A stretch of 64,000 nucleotides of DNA from positions 32,001 to 96,000 of IMG/VR virus record IMGVR_UViG_3300037258_001099, one strand, 5' to 3'. Made by a program: the position numbers and the translations under genes. Positions 1 to 7,889 of the stretch are shown here, in pieces (position 1 is the stretch's first letter; the number at the start of each line of letters is the position of its first letter). The notes beneath the pieces are model-generated. The model was not told where the DNA came from. It did not search any database and was given only the letters and a program-made list of their open reading frames with translations. The DNA is from a virus.

Positions 1-140
1 GTAGTAATTGTGTTTGTTACTTCCCTCCCATAATTTCCACTCCTGCAAAGCACTTTTCACAAAAACACCATAGACCAGCCTCCAGAGCCGCCTTACAGTA
101 TATATTTTAGCCCTATAAAGCCTCGTGGTAGACTAATCTC

Positions 141-431
141 ATGATATATCTCATTCTTACCGTTCTTATCCCTATCCCATTGGGGATTATTGCGGTTATC
201 TATGACATCCACCAGAAGAGATGGTTTGATCGCTATCGCTACTTGGAGCATAAGTTAATGGATCTACGCATGGAACTTGATAGGATAGAGCAGGATGTGG
301 ATGATCCGAAAGGCATTCCCCGTGAAGAACCTGAGACTGACGAATGGGAAATGGATAGTATACTCTGTATTGATCCCTCAATAGAAAAGACAACGAAAAG
401 CCCCTTCTCATCCCACCTGCAAAGTACATGA
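141..431 (+). CDS. Hypothetical membrane protein (N-terminal TM helix, coiled coil)
   Basis: Hydrophobic N-terminus MIYLILTVLIPIPLGIIAVIY; extended -10 (TGG-TAGACT, 126-134) 6 nt before the ATG. Confidence 0.6.
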   Translation: MIYLILTVLIPIPLGIIAVIYDIHQKRWFDRYRYLEHKLMDLRMELDRIEQDVDDPKGIPREEPETDEWEMDSILCIDPSIEKTTKSPFSSHLQST

Positions 432-633
432 GAAGGGGCCTTGCTCTCTACTGCAATAGAGAACGTTTTGTGTCTTGAGATTTAGCGCTCTCAAGACAAA
501 TCTCTAGAAAAGAGATCGGCATGGAATAGAACAGTGCTGATTATAAATCCAGCTTCTTTGATTGTCAATGCTCTCCCTTTTTGTTACCTAAATATATTTC
601 CTTCCGCGAAGTAATCTCTGCTAGAATGGCCCT

Positions 634-849
634 ATGGATGAATTAACTCCGAAAGTCTTGGCCCAAATAATCCTTGGAGAGGTACCAGAAGGCACGCCAG
701 AGACCTGGGAAGAGGTTCGTACTGTCCTGGCGAAAGCAGGACACACAAGTTGTCCTTGTGGCTGCGGATTTTTTCGCTACAACGCTTGGGGCAATGCCAT
801 GGACAACCAATCCGCAACATTTGATTTCCCTGATAAAATGAGCTCATGA
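634..849 (+). CDS. Hypothetical protein (CPCGC motif)
   Basis: 71-aa ORF; TGC-TAGAAT 6 nt before the ATG; ATGA overlap with next gene. Confidence 0.6.
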   Translation: MDELTPKVLAQIILGEVPEGTPETWEEVRTVLAKAGHTSCPCGCGFFRYNAWGNAMDNQSATFDFPDKMSS

Positions 850-1148
850 TCCGAACCAAAAAGCAGCGAGAGAGTGATACACGCAAAATACTGGCACTTG
901 TAGCCCAAGGGTTGACTGATAAGCAGATTGCAGCCAGGCTTCACTTGCATCGCAAGACCGTATGCAGGTACCTCTCTGCTGTCAGATGCAAAACTGGGAT
1001 TAAGAGTCGCATACTCCTTGGTTTCTATGCCCTCGGCAAGGGTATCGTTTCCCAGGAAGAGATACGAAAAGCAATTCACAGAGAAAGGCTAGCAAGTGGA
1101 AAGCATAGCAGGAAAATGGATACAGGAAGTGATATTAGAGCAGTGTAA
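846..1148 (+). CDS. LuxR/GerE-type HTH DNA-binding protein
   Basis: ILALVAQGLTDKQIAARLHLHRKTVCRYLSAVRCKTGIKSR matches the LuxR C-terminal HTH pattern. Confidence 0.85.
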   Translation: MIRTKKQRESDTRKILALVAQGLTDKQIAARLHLHRKTVCRYLSAVRCKTGIKSRILLGFYALGKGIVSQEEIRKAIHRERLASGKHSRKMDTGSDIRAV

Positions 1149-1344
1149 GCCATCCCAGCACCATTTCGATATTGTCACTGTTTCAGCAGGTACAGATTGG
1201 TATGACAAGAAAACACTTCGGATCTGCAAGCAGTGCGGAAGAACAAGTCAGTTCTCCTATGAAGAGGATGGCGCTGTATCATGGAGACCAGTGATTGAAA
1301 AAGATCTACCTCTAGAGCCTACTCATAGTCAAAGTAGTCAATGA
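1096..1344 (+). CDS. Hypothetical protein (CxxC)
   Basis: 82-aa ORF with CKQCG; overlaps the end of the LuxR gene. Confidence 0.45.
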   Translation: MESIAGKWIQEVILEQCKPSQHHFDIVTVSAGTDWYDKKTLRICKQCGRTSQFSYEEDGAVSWRPVIEKDLPLEPTHSQSSQ

Positions 1345-1612
1345 TATTCTGTTTTGGGTGAGACTCATCAAGGTCATGGTAAAAATCAATCATTTCCTGC
1401 ATACCCTGAGCATTATTGCCAGACTGGTCAGCCGCAAATGCTTTTCCAAGCTCTACCAGATCATCCCAAGTCTTAGAAATCGTCTTTTGCTCGATATTTC
1501 GTATACTTGCGTAAACAGCATCAAGGCTCATCACAAGCGCATACGCAATAGCAGGTGGCTCTTTGCCTTCTGCTATCAGAATAAGGATAGTGCGTTCTGA
1601 AAAAAGTATCAT
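1319..1612 (-). CDS. LuxR-like HTH protein
   Basis: SERTILILIAEGKEPPAIAYALVMSLDAVYASIRNIEQK resembles a LuxR HTH; TGG-TAGAGT 6 nt before the ATG. Confidence 0.7.
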   Translation of the reverse strand: MILFSERTILILIAEGKEPPAIAYALVMSLDAVYASIRNIEQKTISKTWDDLVELGKAFAADQSGNNAQGMQEMIDFYHDLDESHPKQNIIDYFDYE

Positions 1613-1639
1613 AGAGCTACTCTACCACAGGAGACCAGG

Positions 1640-2062
1640 ATGGATATATACCGCGCTTACCATAAAGAGCTCGGAATGATTCCAAAAGAGGAGTATTTTA
1701 CCATTGAGGACGCTATTGCTGGTGATCTCGCCTTCTGGGGCTCTCCATCCAAGGATTTTCCTCTAAAAGCTTTCACTTTTATGCGTTCGCTTAACCTGCA
1801 AGACAAAAACAAAACCGAGATTTTCTTTGGGGACATCCTAAAATACGGCTATTTTGCGTGCAATGACCCAAATTTGCCATGGGATCTACCAGAAGTCGTA
1901 AATGAGCTCGATATTACGACACAAATAGATAGAATTGTGGCAAGAGATCATCCAATGGTGCTCCATGCCATCTACCACATGATTTCTAATAATCCAGATG
2001 TGATCGGTGTGGAGATTATTGGGAACGTTCATGAGGACCCTGACCTATTGGAGGTGATATGA
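1640..2062 (+). CDS. YopX family phage protein
   Basis: LQDKNKTEIFFGDIL and C-terminal EIIGNVHEDPDLLE are YopX signatures. Confidence 0.85.
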   Translation: MDIYRAYHKELGMIPKEEYFTIEDAIAGDLAFWGSPSKDFPLKAFTFMRSLNLQDKNKTEIFFGDILKYGYFACNDPNLPWDLPEVVNELDITTQIDRIVARDHPMVLHAIYHMISNNPDVIGVEIIGNVHEDPDLLEVI

Positions 2063-2601
2063 CGGTTGTTGCGGGTCTCGTTGCAGATAATAAAGTTTAT
2101 ATGGGGGCAGATAGTCTAAGTGTGAGCGATGATGGCTCTGCTTGCATTGACAAATCTCCAAAAGTGTTTCGTGTAGGAGACTATCTCTTTGGGTGTGCTG
2201 GCTCCCCTAGACTCAAACAGCTTCTCTACTACGCCTATGTGCCTACAAAGACGACCATGGATGGGGAACATGCTCCAATGTGCTATCTAATAAGCAAATT
2301 TATGCGTGATTTGCAGGATTTCTTTGGCAAACATGGCTTTTTAGAGGAGTTTAAAGAGACAGAAACCCAGATCCTGCTAGGTATAGGTGGCAAGCTCTTT
2401 TGCATCTACAGCGATTTCTATCTCGAAGAGAGCGGCTACGGCTATTATGCAATAGGATGCGCTGCTGGTCTTGCACTCGGATCACTCTATAGTACGGCAG
2501 GGGCACCGATGAGCGCGAAAGATCGGGTACACCTTGCCCTTGAGGCCTCTGAAAAACATAATACACATGTAAGACGACCCTTTATTTTTGAGGAGGTCTA
2601 G
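2059..2601 (+). CDS. HslV/proteasome-beta-like Ntn hydrolase
   Basis: M-T start (Thr1 nucleophile), GADS, PKVF, GCAGS and AIGCAAGLALGSL motifs of the Ntn protease fold. Confidence 0.8.
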   Translation: MTVVAGLVADNKVYMGADSLSVSDDGSACIDKSPKVFRVGDYLFGCAGSPRLKQLLYYAYVPTKTTMDGEHAPMCYLISKFMRDLQDFFGKHGFLEEFKETETQILLGIGGKLFCIYSDFYLEESGYGYYAIGCAAGLALGSLYSTAGAPMSAKDRVHLALEASEKHNTHVRRPFIFEEV

Positions 2602-2607
2602 ATAGGC

Positions 2608-2802
2608 ATGGAAAATAGACAGGAAGATCCAAAAGAGAAGGCTATGCGTATTTTAGGGGAGGCGTCAGGCGATTTTGTGAGTAGTATTTTGCTGCTTTGT
2701 CCTGCCTCAAAGGAGCTTGTCGAGGCCATGCATCACGTACGTCAGGCCGTTTTATTTGCTAGGAAGGCAATAGAGGACGCAATGAATGCCCCAGATGAGT
2801 AA
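2608..2802 (+). CDS. Small helical-hairpin protein resembling Acb2/Tad1-hairpin family
   Basis: LCPASKELVEAMHHVRQAVLFARKAI resembles the CPxSRExSLAxTxLEEAVMWANxAI pattern; similar to 63060-63281. Confidence 0.5.
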   Translation: MENRQEDPKEKAMRILGEASGDFVSSILLLCPASKELVEAMHHVRQAVLFARKAIEDAMNAPDE

Positions 2803-3154
2803 GGGTCCTTACGTAAGGAAGCAGCCTCGTGCTCGCAATAAAGATGGAACCTGGCGTAATAAGCGAGCGGACACTGGAGTAAAACGAGAGAAGTATATGA
2901 CGAAGAATCCGCGAGATACACAATTTGTGCCCGAGGCCGAAGTCTTACTTCAGCAGCTCGGGAATGCGGGGTTTGTCTTTGAAGGTGCAGACGATGCTCA
3001 TAGAGAAGAGCACCTTGAACAGGCACGGCTCCTTATCGCACGCTGGGCCTATGATTTCGCCTGCCACGTCTGGGATGAGACAATTGGTGGCGGCAATCCT
3101 GGCTTTGCCATAGGAAGCATTCAGAGTATGACTGGAGGGAATAATCATGATTAG
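2786..3154 (+). CDS. Hypothetical protein with basic N-terminus
   Basis: ORF within an operon; basic segment RARNKDGTWRNKRADTG; possible internal start near 2897. Confidence 0.55.
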   Translation: MPQMSKGPYVRKQPRARNKDGTWRNKRADTGVKREKYMTKNPRDTQFVPEAEVLLQQLGNAGFVFEGADDAHREEHLEQARLLIARWAYDFACHVWDETIGGGNPGFAIGSIQSMTGGNNHD

Positions 3155-3392
3155 AGCTGTTTGTGAACACTGTGGAAGTGATATTTTGCCTCCCAGCAAT
3201 GAAGAGAGTCTCACCGACAAAGAGAGAAAAGATATAGACCAGATCAGGGATCGTATTTCGTCCTTTATCTCAAGTCAGGTAGAAGAGTTTTGGCCTGAGC
3301 ATATGGATATTCATATTGTTTGGCAATTAATTCTAAGCTCGTATGATGTAGAAGCATTCCAAAAAGAATATGGAGGAAACACTAATGAATAA
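3147..3392 (+). CDS. Hypothetical protein (CEHCG)
   Basis: RBS GGAGGG, translationally coupled to neighbours. Confidence 0.6.
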   Translation: MIRAVCEHCGSDILPPSNEESLTDKERKDIDQIRDRISSFISSQVEEFWPEHMDIHIVWQLILSSYDVEAFQKEYGGNTNE

Positions 3393-4020
3393 GACCATCA
3401 CGCTTGACCGAGATGAGTATGAGCATTTGCTCAACTGTCTGGCAAACCAGAAGTTTATTCACGAGGTAAATGCTGATGGGCTATCAGAAGGTGAGGAAAA
3501 AGTAAAACAGATGCAATCTGAGGCTCAGCAAGCTATAGATACCGCCTGGCGAAAGGGAATGGATCTTTTACATGACACACAGGAGAGGAAAGATATGGCA
3601 AATAACCGTGTAATAGTTTGTGTAGGTATTCCAGCTTCTGGTAAGACAGTATGGGCACTGCAATATTGTAAGGATAACCCTAATACTGTCCGTATCAACA
3701 AAGATAGTCTTCGCCTCATGGCTTATGGGGAGCCGTATAGGCCAGAGTGGGAAGATTTTATCTGTAATCTCAGGGATCGCATCATTGACCAGTCTTTACA
3801 TATGGAACATGACGTAGTTGTAGATGACACGAATGGGAGTCAGAAGCATAGAAAGAGAATAGAAGTGATAGCAAATTTCTATGATGCTACTGTAGAGATC
3901 AAGGACTTTCGATATGTTCCACTAGAGGTGTGCCTAGAGCGCAACAAGAATAGACCAAATCCGGTCCCTGAAGAAGCTATTCACCGCATCTATGATCAAC
4001 TGAAAGGGCAAGAGTTATGA
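3385..4020 (+). CDS. Polynucleotide-kinase-like P-loop kinase (AAA_33) with N-terminal extension
   Basis: GIPASGKT Walker A, RINKDSLR, VVVDDTN, VPLEVCLERNKNR lid as in the T4 PNK kinase domain; second RBS+ATG at 3595. Confidence 0.85.
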   Translation: MNKTITLDRDEYEHLLNCLANQKFIHEVNADGLSEGEEKVKQMQSEAQQAIDTAWRKGMDLLHDTQERKDMANNRVIVCVGIPASGKTVWALQYCKDNPNTVRINKDSLRLMAYGEPYRPEWEDFICNLRDRIIDQSLHMEHDVVVDDTNGSQKHRKRIEVIANFYDATVEIKDFRYVPLEVCLERNKNRPNPVPEEAIHRIYDQLKGQEL

Positions 4021-4460
4021 ATGAGCAATTTTACCTAAGACTCAACGATACAGAAGAATCTTGGGATCTTCTAGAGCATGATGCGATAAGTGATGATGGG
4101 ATTAAGGAGGACGCGCTCATAGCTAGATTATACGACGGGGATGCAAGAGGATCTGCGCTTGCAGAACTCATAAAAGGCTTCCTTGAGGAAGGTGATCAAG
4201 AACAAGACGCGCTTATTGAGCAACTAGCTGCATGTGAGCATGTGTCGTGGGCGAATTGGATGATCTATTTGTTCTCTAAATGCGAGTTCTGCGAAGATGG
4301 GTCATATTCTATTCCTGCCGGACTTGCATCGCAGTGGAAGAGGCAAGCCACTACTGCCTACAAAGATCTACCAGAGCGTGAGAAGCAGTATGACCGAGAT
4401 GAGGTGGCAAAGATTCTGCCTATTATTGAGGCATATAAGTCTGGAGCATTCCGTGAGTAA
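4017..4460 (+). CDS. RyR-repeat-like protein
   Basis: EQLAACEHVSWANW...YKDLPEREKQYDRDEV resembles the RyR repeat pattern (LAxxxHxxW...YxxLxExEKxYDR). Confidence 0.65.
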   Translation: MNEQFYLRLNDTEESWDLLEHDAISDDGIKEDALIARLYDGDARGSALAELIKGFLEEGDQEQDALIEQLAACEHVSWANWMIYLFSKCEFCEDGSYSIPAGLASQWKRQATTAYKDLPEREKQYDRDEVAKILPIIEAYKSGAFRE

Positions 4461-4947
4461 ATCTTGGGGCTATCAGTGCCGGACGTGTGATGAGCGATCT
4501 GGCTCTATCTACAACCACGGTCAAAACATCCTTCGAGGGTTAGCAAAAGCTGCTCCTCACATTAAGGCCGCATTTGAAGCTGATGATAGTGGGTATCTTG
4601 AGATTAGTGCTCTTTCTGATAACGGCAATGCAATCTTCTTCCTCCGAGAACACGGCGGCCACGACCTGGAGCTCTTTAGTGAATATGGGGATATTGAGCC
4701 GCTTGATGTGGACCCATCAGTTATATTTGAGCGTCAGCTTCAAATCTTTGAGCGAGCTGTGTCTAAGTACGGAGAGGCGATTGACATACTTATTGGAGAT
4801 ATTGGCCCAGAGAAGGCTGAACCAATTCTCAGAGCAGCAATTGGTCGCGTAGATCGTATAATTTTGCGAGATTGTCCCAGTGATCAGATGAGAGATCGGC
4901 TGGCGAAGCACACTGTGGATACCTCTTTGGAGAGCACCGATGCTTGA
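4453..4947 (+). CDS. Hypothetical protein (CRTC)
   Basis: GTG start after GGAG RBS, coupled to neighbours. Confidence 0.55.
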   Translation: MSKSWGYQCRTCDERSGSIYNHGQNILRGLAKAAPHIKAAFEADDSGYLEISALSDNGNAIFFLREHGGHDLELFSEYGDIEPLDVDPSVIFERQLQIFERAVSKYGEAIDILIGDIGPEKAEPILRAAIGRVDRIILRDCPSDQMRDRLAKHTVDTSLESTDA

Positions 4948-5149
4948 AGAAATACTTAAAATCTATAGCCTTGTTCATCTTCTCAAAGAATATCGAAAAC
5001 TTGCTCTTAATGAGCATCAGGGTAATACCCACAAATGTGATGAGTATTCCTACTTCCACAAAGAGATGCGTACGCTCGACACTATTGCAAAAGATGTTGG
5101 CATTCCTGGTATAATCCCAAAGAATGGTGCATGTGATAGGAACGATTAG
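4940..5149 (+). CDS. Hypothetical protein
   Basis: GGAG RBS, coupled ORF. Confidence 0.55.
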   Translation: MLEEILKIYSLVHLLKEYRKLALNEHQGNTHKCDEYSYFHKEMRTLDTIAKDVGIPGIIPKNGACDRND

Positions 5150-5160
5150 GGAGAATTGCC

Positions 5161-5757
5161 ATGGATGAGATGAAACCTGTAGCAGGCCAATATATTTTAG
5201 TTGATTGCTGTTTACTTCCAAGTAAGTGTCACATAACTATTGACAGCCTTTATAAAGGTCGAGCAAGACTTGGACTTGTAGCTAAACAGTCGATCACAGG
5301 TCAAAGCTATGAGGACGTATGGGAATATCCAAGCAAAGAAGCATCCCTTGTCCAGATTTTTACCTGGGACCCAGATAAGCAAGAGGAGCCCAGTCTTTGG
5401 GATAGGCATCCGGCAACTATGCGGTACCGCATAGACGGCCACAGCCACCTAGAATACATTCGATACAGCCATGATGATATCCAAGAGAAAGTGAACTATG
5501 CAATCAAAGCAACCCGAGGGCCTGAGTACTACACCACAAAGATAGTAGAGGACTCGGCCCATATTGGGCCTGAAATGCCAGAGGGAACCCGTTGCTTTCA
5601 TGCCTATGTCGAGAGTCTCTCCTGCGCCCATAGCACGCGCTGCCAGTGGGTTGATCGTGTTTATATTTATCTTGATCGCGCAGTTGTGCTCAAGATGTGG
5701 GATTTGATGAGTGTTACCCTTGGGGATCTAATAAGGAGGCTCAATGAAAAAGCATAA
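5161..5757 (+). CDS. Hypothetical protein
   Basis: 198-aa ORF with GGGAG RBS. Confidence 0.65.
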   Translation: MDEMKPVAGQYILVDCCLLPSKCHITIDSLYKGRARLGLVAKQSITGQSYEDVWEYPSKEASLVQIFTWDPDKQEEPSLWDRHPATMRYRIDGHSHLEYIRYSHDDIQEKVNYAIKATRGPEYYTTKIVEDSAHIGPEMPEGTRCFHAYVESLSCAHSTRCQWVDRVYIYLDRAVVLKMWDLMSVTLGDLIRRLNEKA

Positions 5758-5962
5758 GTTGGGTGGCTATGAAATCTCTGTGATAGCAGTAGATGAAGCC
5801 AAAGAGCTTTATAGCAATAAATCCCTTCGAGAGCTCTTTGAGTACACAAAAATGCATGATCAGGTATTACTCACGGTTGATTCTTCTCCCAAAGAGTGGA
5901 GTCTCTCTACTCAAACATATAGTAGGCTTGGCTCTCAGTTCTTCAAGAAAATTGTCCCCTAA
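5744..5962 (+). CDS. Hypothetical protein
   Basis: AGGAGG RBS before ATG. Confidence 0.55.
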   Translation: MKKHKLGGYEISVIAVDEAKELYSNKSLRELFEYTKMHDQVLLTVDSSPKEWSLSTQTYSRLGSQFFKKIVP

Positions 5963-6073
5963 ATTGCCTTCTTTGGTATACTCGGATGGTAGCAAGTCAT
6001 ATTGAGACATGCGAACAGGGAGACGGGACGCCGTGAGACTGTAGGCGTGAATAATCGCTACTGCTCGCTCCAA

Positions 6074-6175
6074 GCCCCTGACGGCCTTGAAATTGGCAGC
6101 GGTTATGCGGTTTTTCCTATCGGAGAGACTGTGCTTCTCGCATAAGCCCGTGTGAATCGGGATCAGGGGCACCCA
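6074..6175 (+). ncRNA. Candidate tRNA-like structured RNA (non-canonical)
   Basis: GCCCCTGA(6074-81)/TCAGGGGC(6163-70) closing stem followed by ACCCA; T-arm-like CCCG-TGTGAAT-CGGG; internal stems TTATGCG/CGCATAA and GTTTTTCC/GGAGAGAC; intergenic. Confidence 0.5.
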
Positions 6176-6196
6176 TTTTCTATTAGGAAACACCTG

Positions 6197-6418
6197 ATGC
6201 TTAACATAAAACCCAATACCTGGGTCAAAATCAAAAAACTTACTCCAGAAGGACCAATTATTGTGCCAAGACTTGTTGTGCAGTCACATAACGAGTTTCC
6301 TCATGGGTATGCCATTATCATCGATGATTCCCTCGAACCTTTTGATGAGAAGCCTCGTATGATCCATGAAGATGAGATCCTAGAGGTGATGCCTCCTGAA
6401 TGGATGCCTGGACTATGA
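6197..6418 (+). CDS. Hypothetical protein
   Basis: AGGA RBS; ATGA overlap with next gene. Confidence 0.55.
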   Translation: MLNIKPNTWVKIKKLTPEGPIIVPRLVVQSHNEFPHGYAIIIDDSLEPFDEKPRMIHEDEILEVMPPEWMPGL

Positions 6419-7038
6419 AAAAGAAGATTGTCCTTTTTCTGGACTGTGATGGGGTTTTTTCTATCTATTGTGGTGGTCCCCGTGACTCCTGGTTTGGTGA
6501 GATAAAGAGAACCGTCTGGCCCATTCCCAATGGGCAACTCCTTCTACAATGCATCGCAGAGGACACAAGACTGCATCCTGTCTGGTTGTCTGCCTGGGGT
6601 GATGATGCCATGATCTGGAATGTTTGGGCACGCACTCGATTCTTTCCCGTTGCCTATCATCTCTCAGAAAGGCAAGAATGTCTTGCTCGTAAGTTCTTTC
6701 CTCATTACTATGACGCGAATGTAGACAGCAAGCTGATTGCTGCAAACTACTATTTGAGGCAGCATCCAGGAGCAGATGTTGTGTGGATTGAGGACGAGTT
6801 TGCTCCTGAGACAGTTGCCTGGTCCCGCAAAGAGGACTGGTGTGCTACATATGATCATCCTCTTTCTAGTAAGCAGATACAGGACCATTATCACGCACTA
6901 GTCAGGGCACCTGAGCTCGGATCGATTACACTTCTTGACGCAAATGCGGACGAAGTTGGATCGCTTCTCCTCTCAGAAGATAAGTTGTATGCCAGAGAGC
7001 TCCTCTGCCGTATTCTGGAGAGCAAAAGTGACGCATGA
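6415..7038 (+). CDS. HAD-superfamily phosphatase (HAD_SAK / RNA-repair-associated type)
   Basis: VLFLDCDGV motif I, WLSAWG motif II, a Lys in DSKL, VVWIEDE motif IV. Confidence 0.75.
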   Translation: MKKKIVLFLDCDGVFSIYCGGPRDSWFGEIKRTVWPIPNGQLLLQCIAEDTRLHPVWLSAWGDDAMIWNVWARTRFFPVAYHLSERQECLARKFFPHYYDANVDSKLIAANYYLRQHPGADVVWIEDEFAPETVAWSRKEDWCATYDHPLSSKQIQDHYHALVRAPELGSITLLDANADEVGSLLLSEDKLYARELLCRILESKSDA

Positions 7039-7451
7039 AGGAAAAATACTCATTTCTAGACCCAGCCTGCGATAGCGAAAATGCCTTTGCATTTCGTGTC
7101 GCCTTGCGTGATAAGCCAACTCCAAATGAGCTCAACCAGATGCTTTGCGACTTCTACAGCCAGAGGTGTATAAAGCCAAGCTACCTCTTTCTCTCAGAAG
7201 CTGATCTTGCCTATTTCTCGGCTGATATCCGAGCTCTCGTCACTGATGGTCGCTCTTTTCATCGGTACGGTCGCTTCTTTGCCGAGAGCGATAAGATGGA
7301 GGACCTTTGTATGGCAAACACATCTGACTACGTTAAGCGTTTTGAGAGTATGGAGGGAATAGCTCGTCTTATTCCTCTTCCAGGCCTTGATGATGGCGTT
7401 GTTATTCTTGGCTTCTATAACGGATATGGCAGGTCGATCACAGAGCGTTAG
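7035..7451 (+). CDS. Hypothetical protein
   Basis: 138-aa ORF, ATGA overlap. Confidence 0.55.
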   Translation: MKEKYSFLDPACDSENAFAFRVALRDKPTPNELNQMLCDFYSQRCIKPSYLFLSEADLAYFSADIRALVTDGRSFHRYGRFFAESDKMEDLCMANTSDYVKRFESMEGIARLIPLPGLDDGVVILGFYNGYGRSITER

Positions 7452-7751
7452 CTATTCTATCGCTCTGTATCTTCCCTCTACATAGGCATAGGCGGTGACC
7501 TTCTCCTCAAGAATCATGAGCTCAATCATGAGGTCGTTGCCCTTCCTCATCAATCTATCACTAAAAGAATCAAGCGGCACGTCTGCCAGTTTTTCTATTT
7601 TTGCAATATGGGAAGCGTAAGCCATGCCACAAAAGGTAAGGAAGATGAAATCAGGTACCTTGAAGTATCGTCTCCCTTTTATATCTGGGAAATCTCCCCA
7701 GAATTTGTGCTTAATCCCAAGGCAGAAATACGCGACACTTTTGTAGTTCAT
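7452..7751 (-). CDS. Hypothetical protein
   Basis: 99-aa ORF; its ATG abuts the IS left end, which supplies an AGAAAGGA RBS-like sequence. Confidence 0.5.
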   Translation of the reverse strand: MNYKSVAYFCLGIKHKFWGDFPDIKGRRYFKVPDFIFLTFCGMAYASHIAKIEKLADVPLDSFSDRLMRKGNDLMIELMILEEKVTAYAYVEGRYRAIE

Positions 7752-7853
7752 AGAACGTCCTTTCTGGAGACCTATCCTCTTCAGGGGATAGGAGGAAAGA
7801 AATCTGTCCGCAGACAGCGTTCAATCCTTCTAGTTTCAAATAGTTCCAAAAAC

Positions 7854-7882
7854 TTGACACGTTGTTGAAGCTATGATACAAT
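7854..7882 (+). promoter_or_regulatory. Sigma70-type promoter for tnpB (leaderless)
   Basis: TTGACA-17 nt-TACAAT with TG extension; ATG 7 nt after the -10. Confidence 0.75.
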
Positions 7883-7889
7883 ACGAAGT

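Noticed and set aside
6074-6175. Canonical tRNA gene
   Set aside because: No 7-nt anticodon loop on a 5-bp stem and no TTC in the T loop; kept only as a tRNA-like candidate
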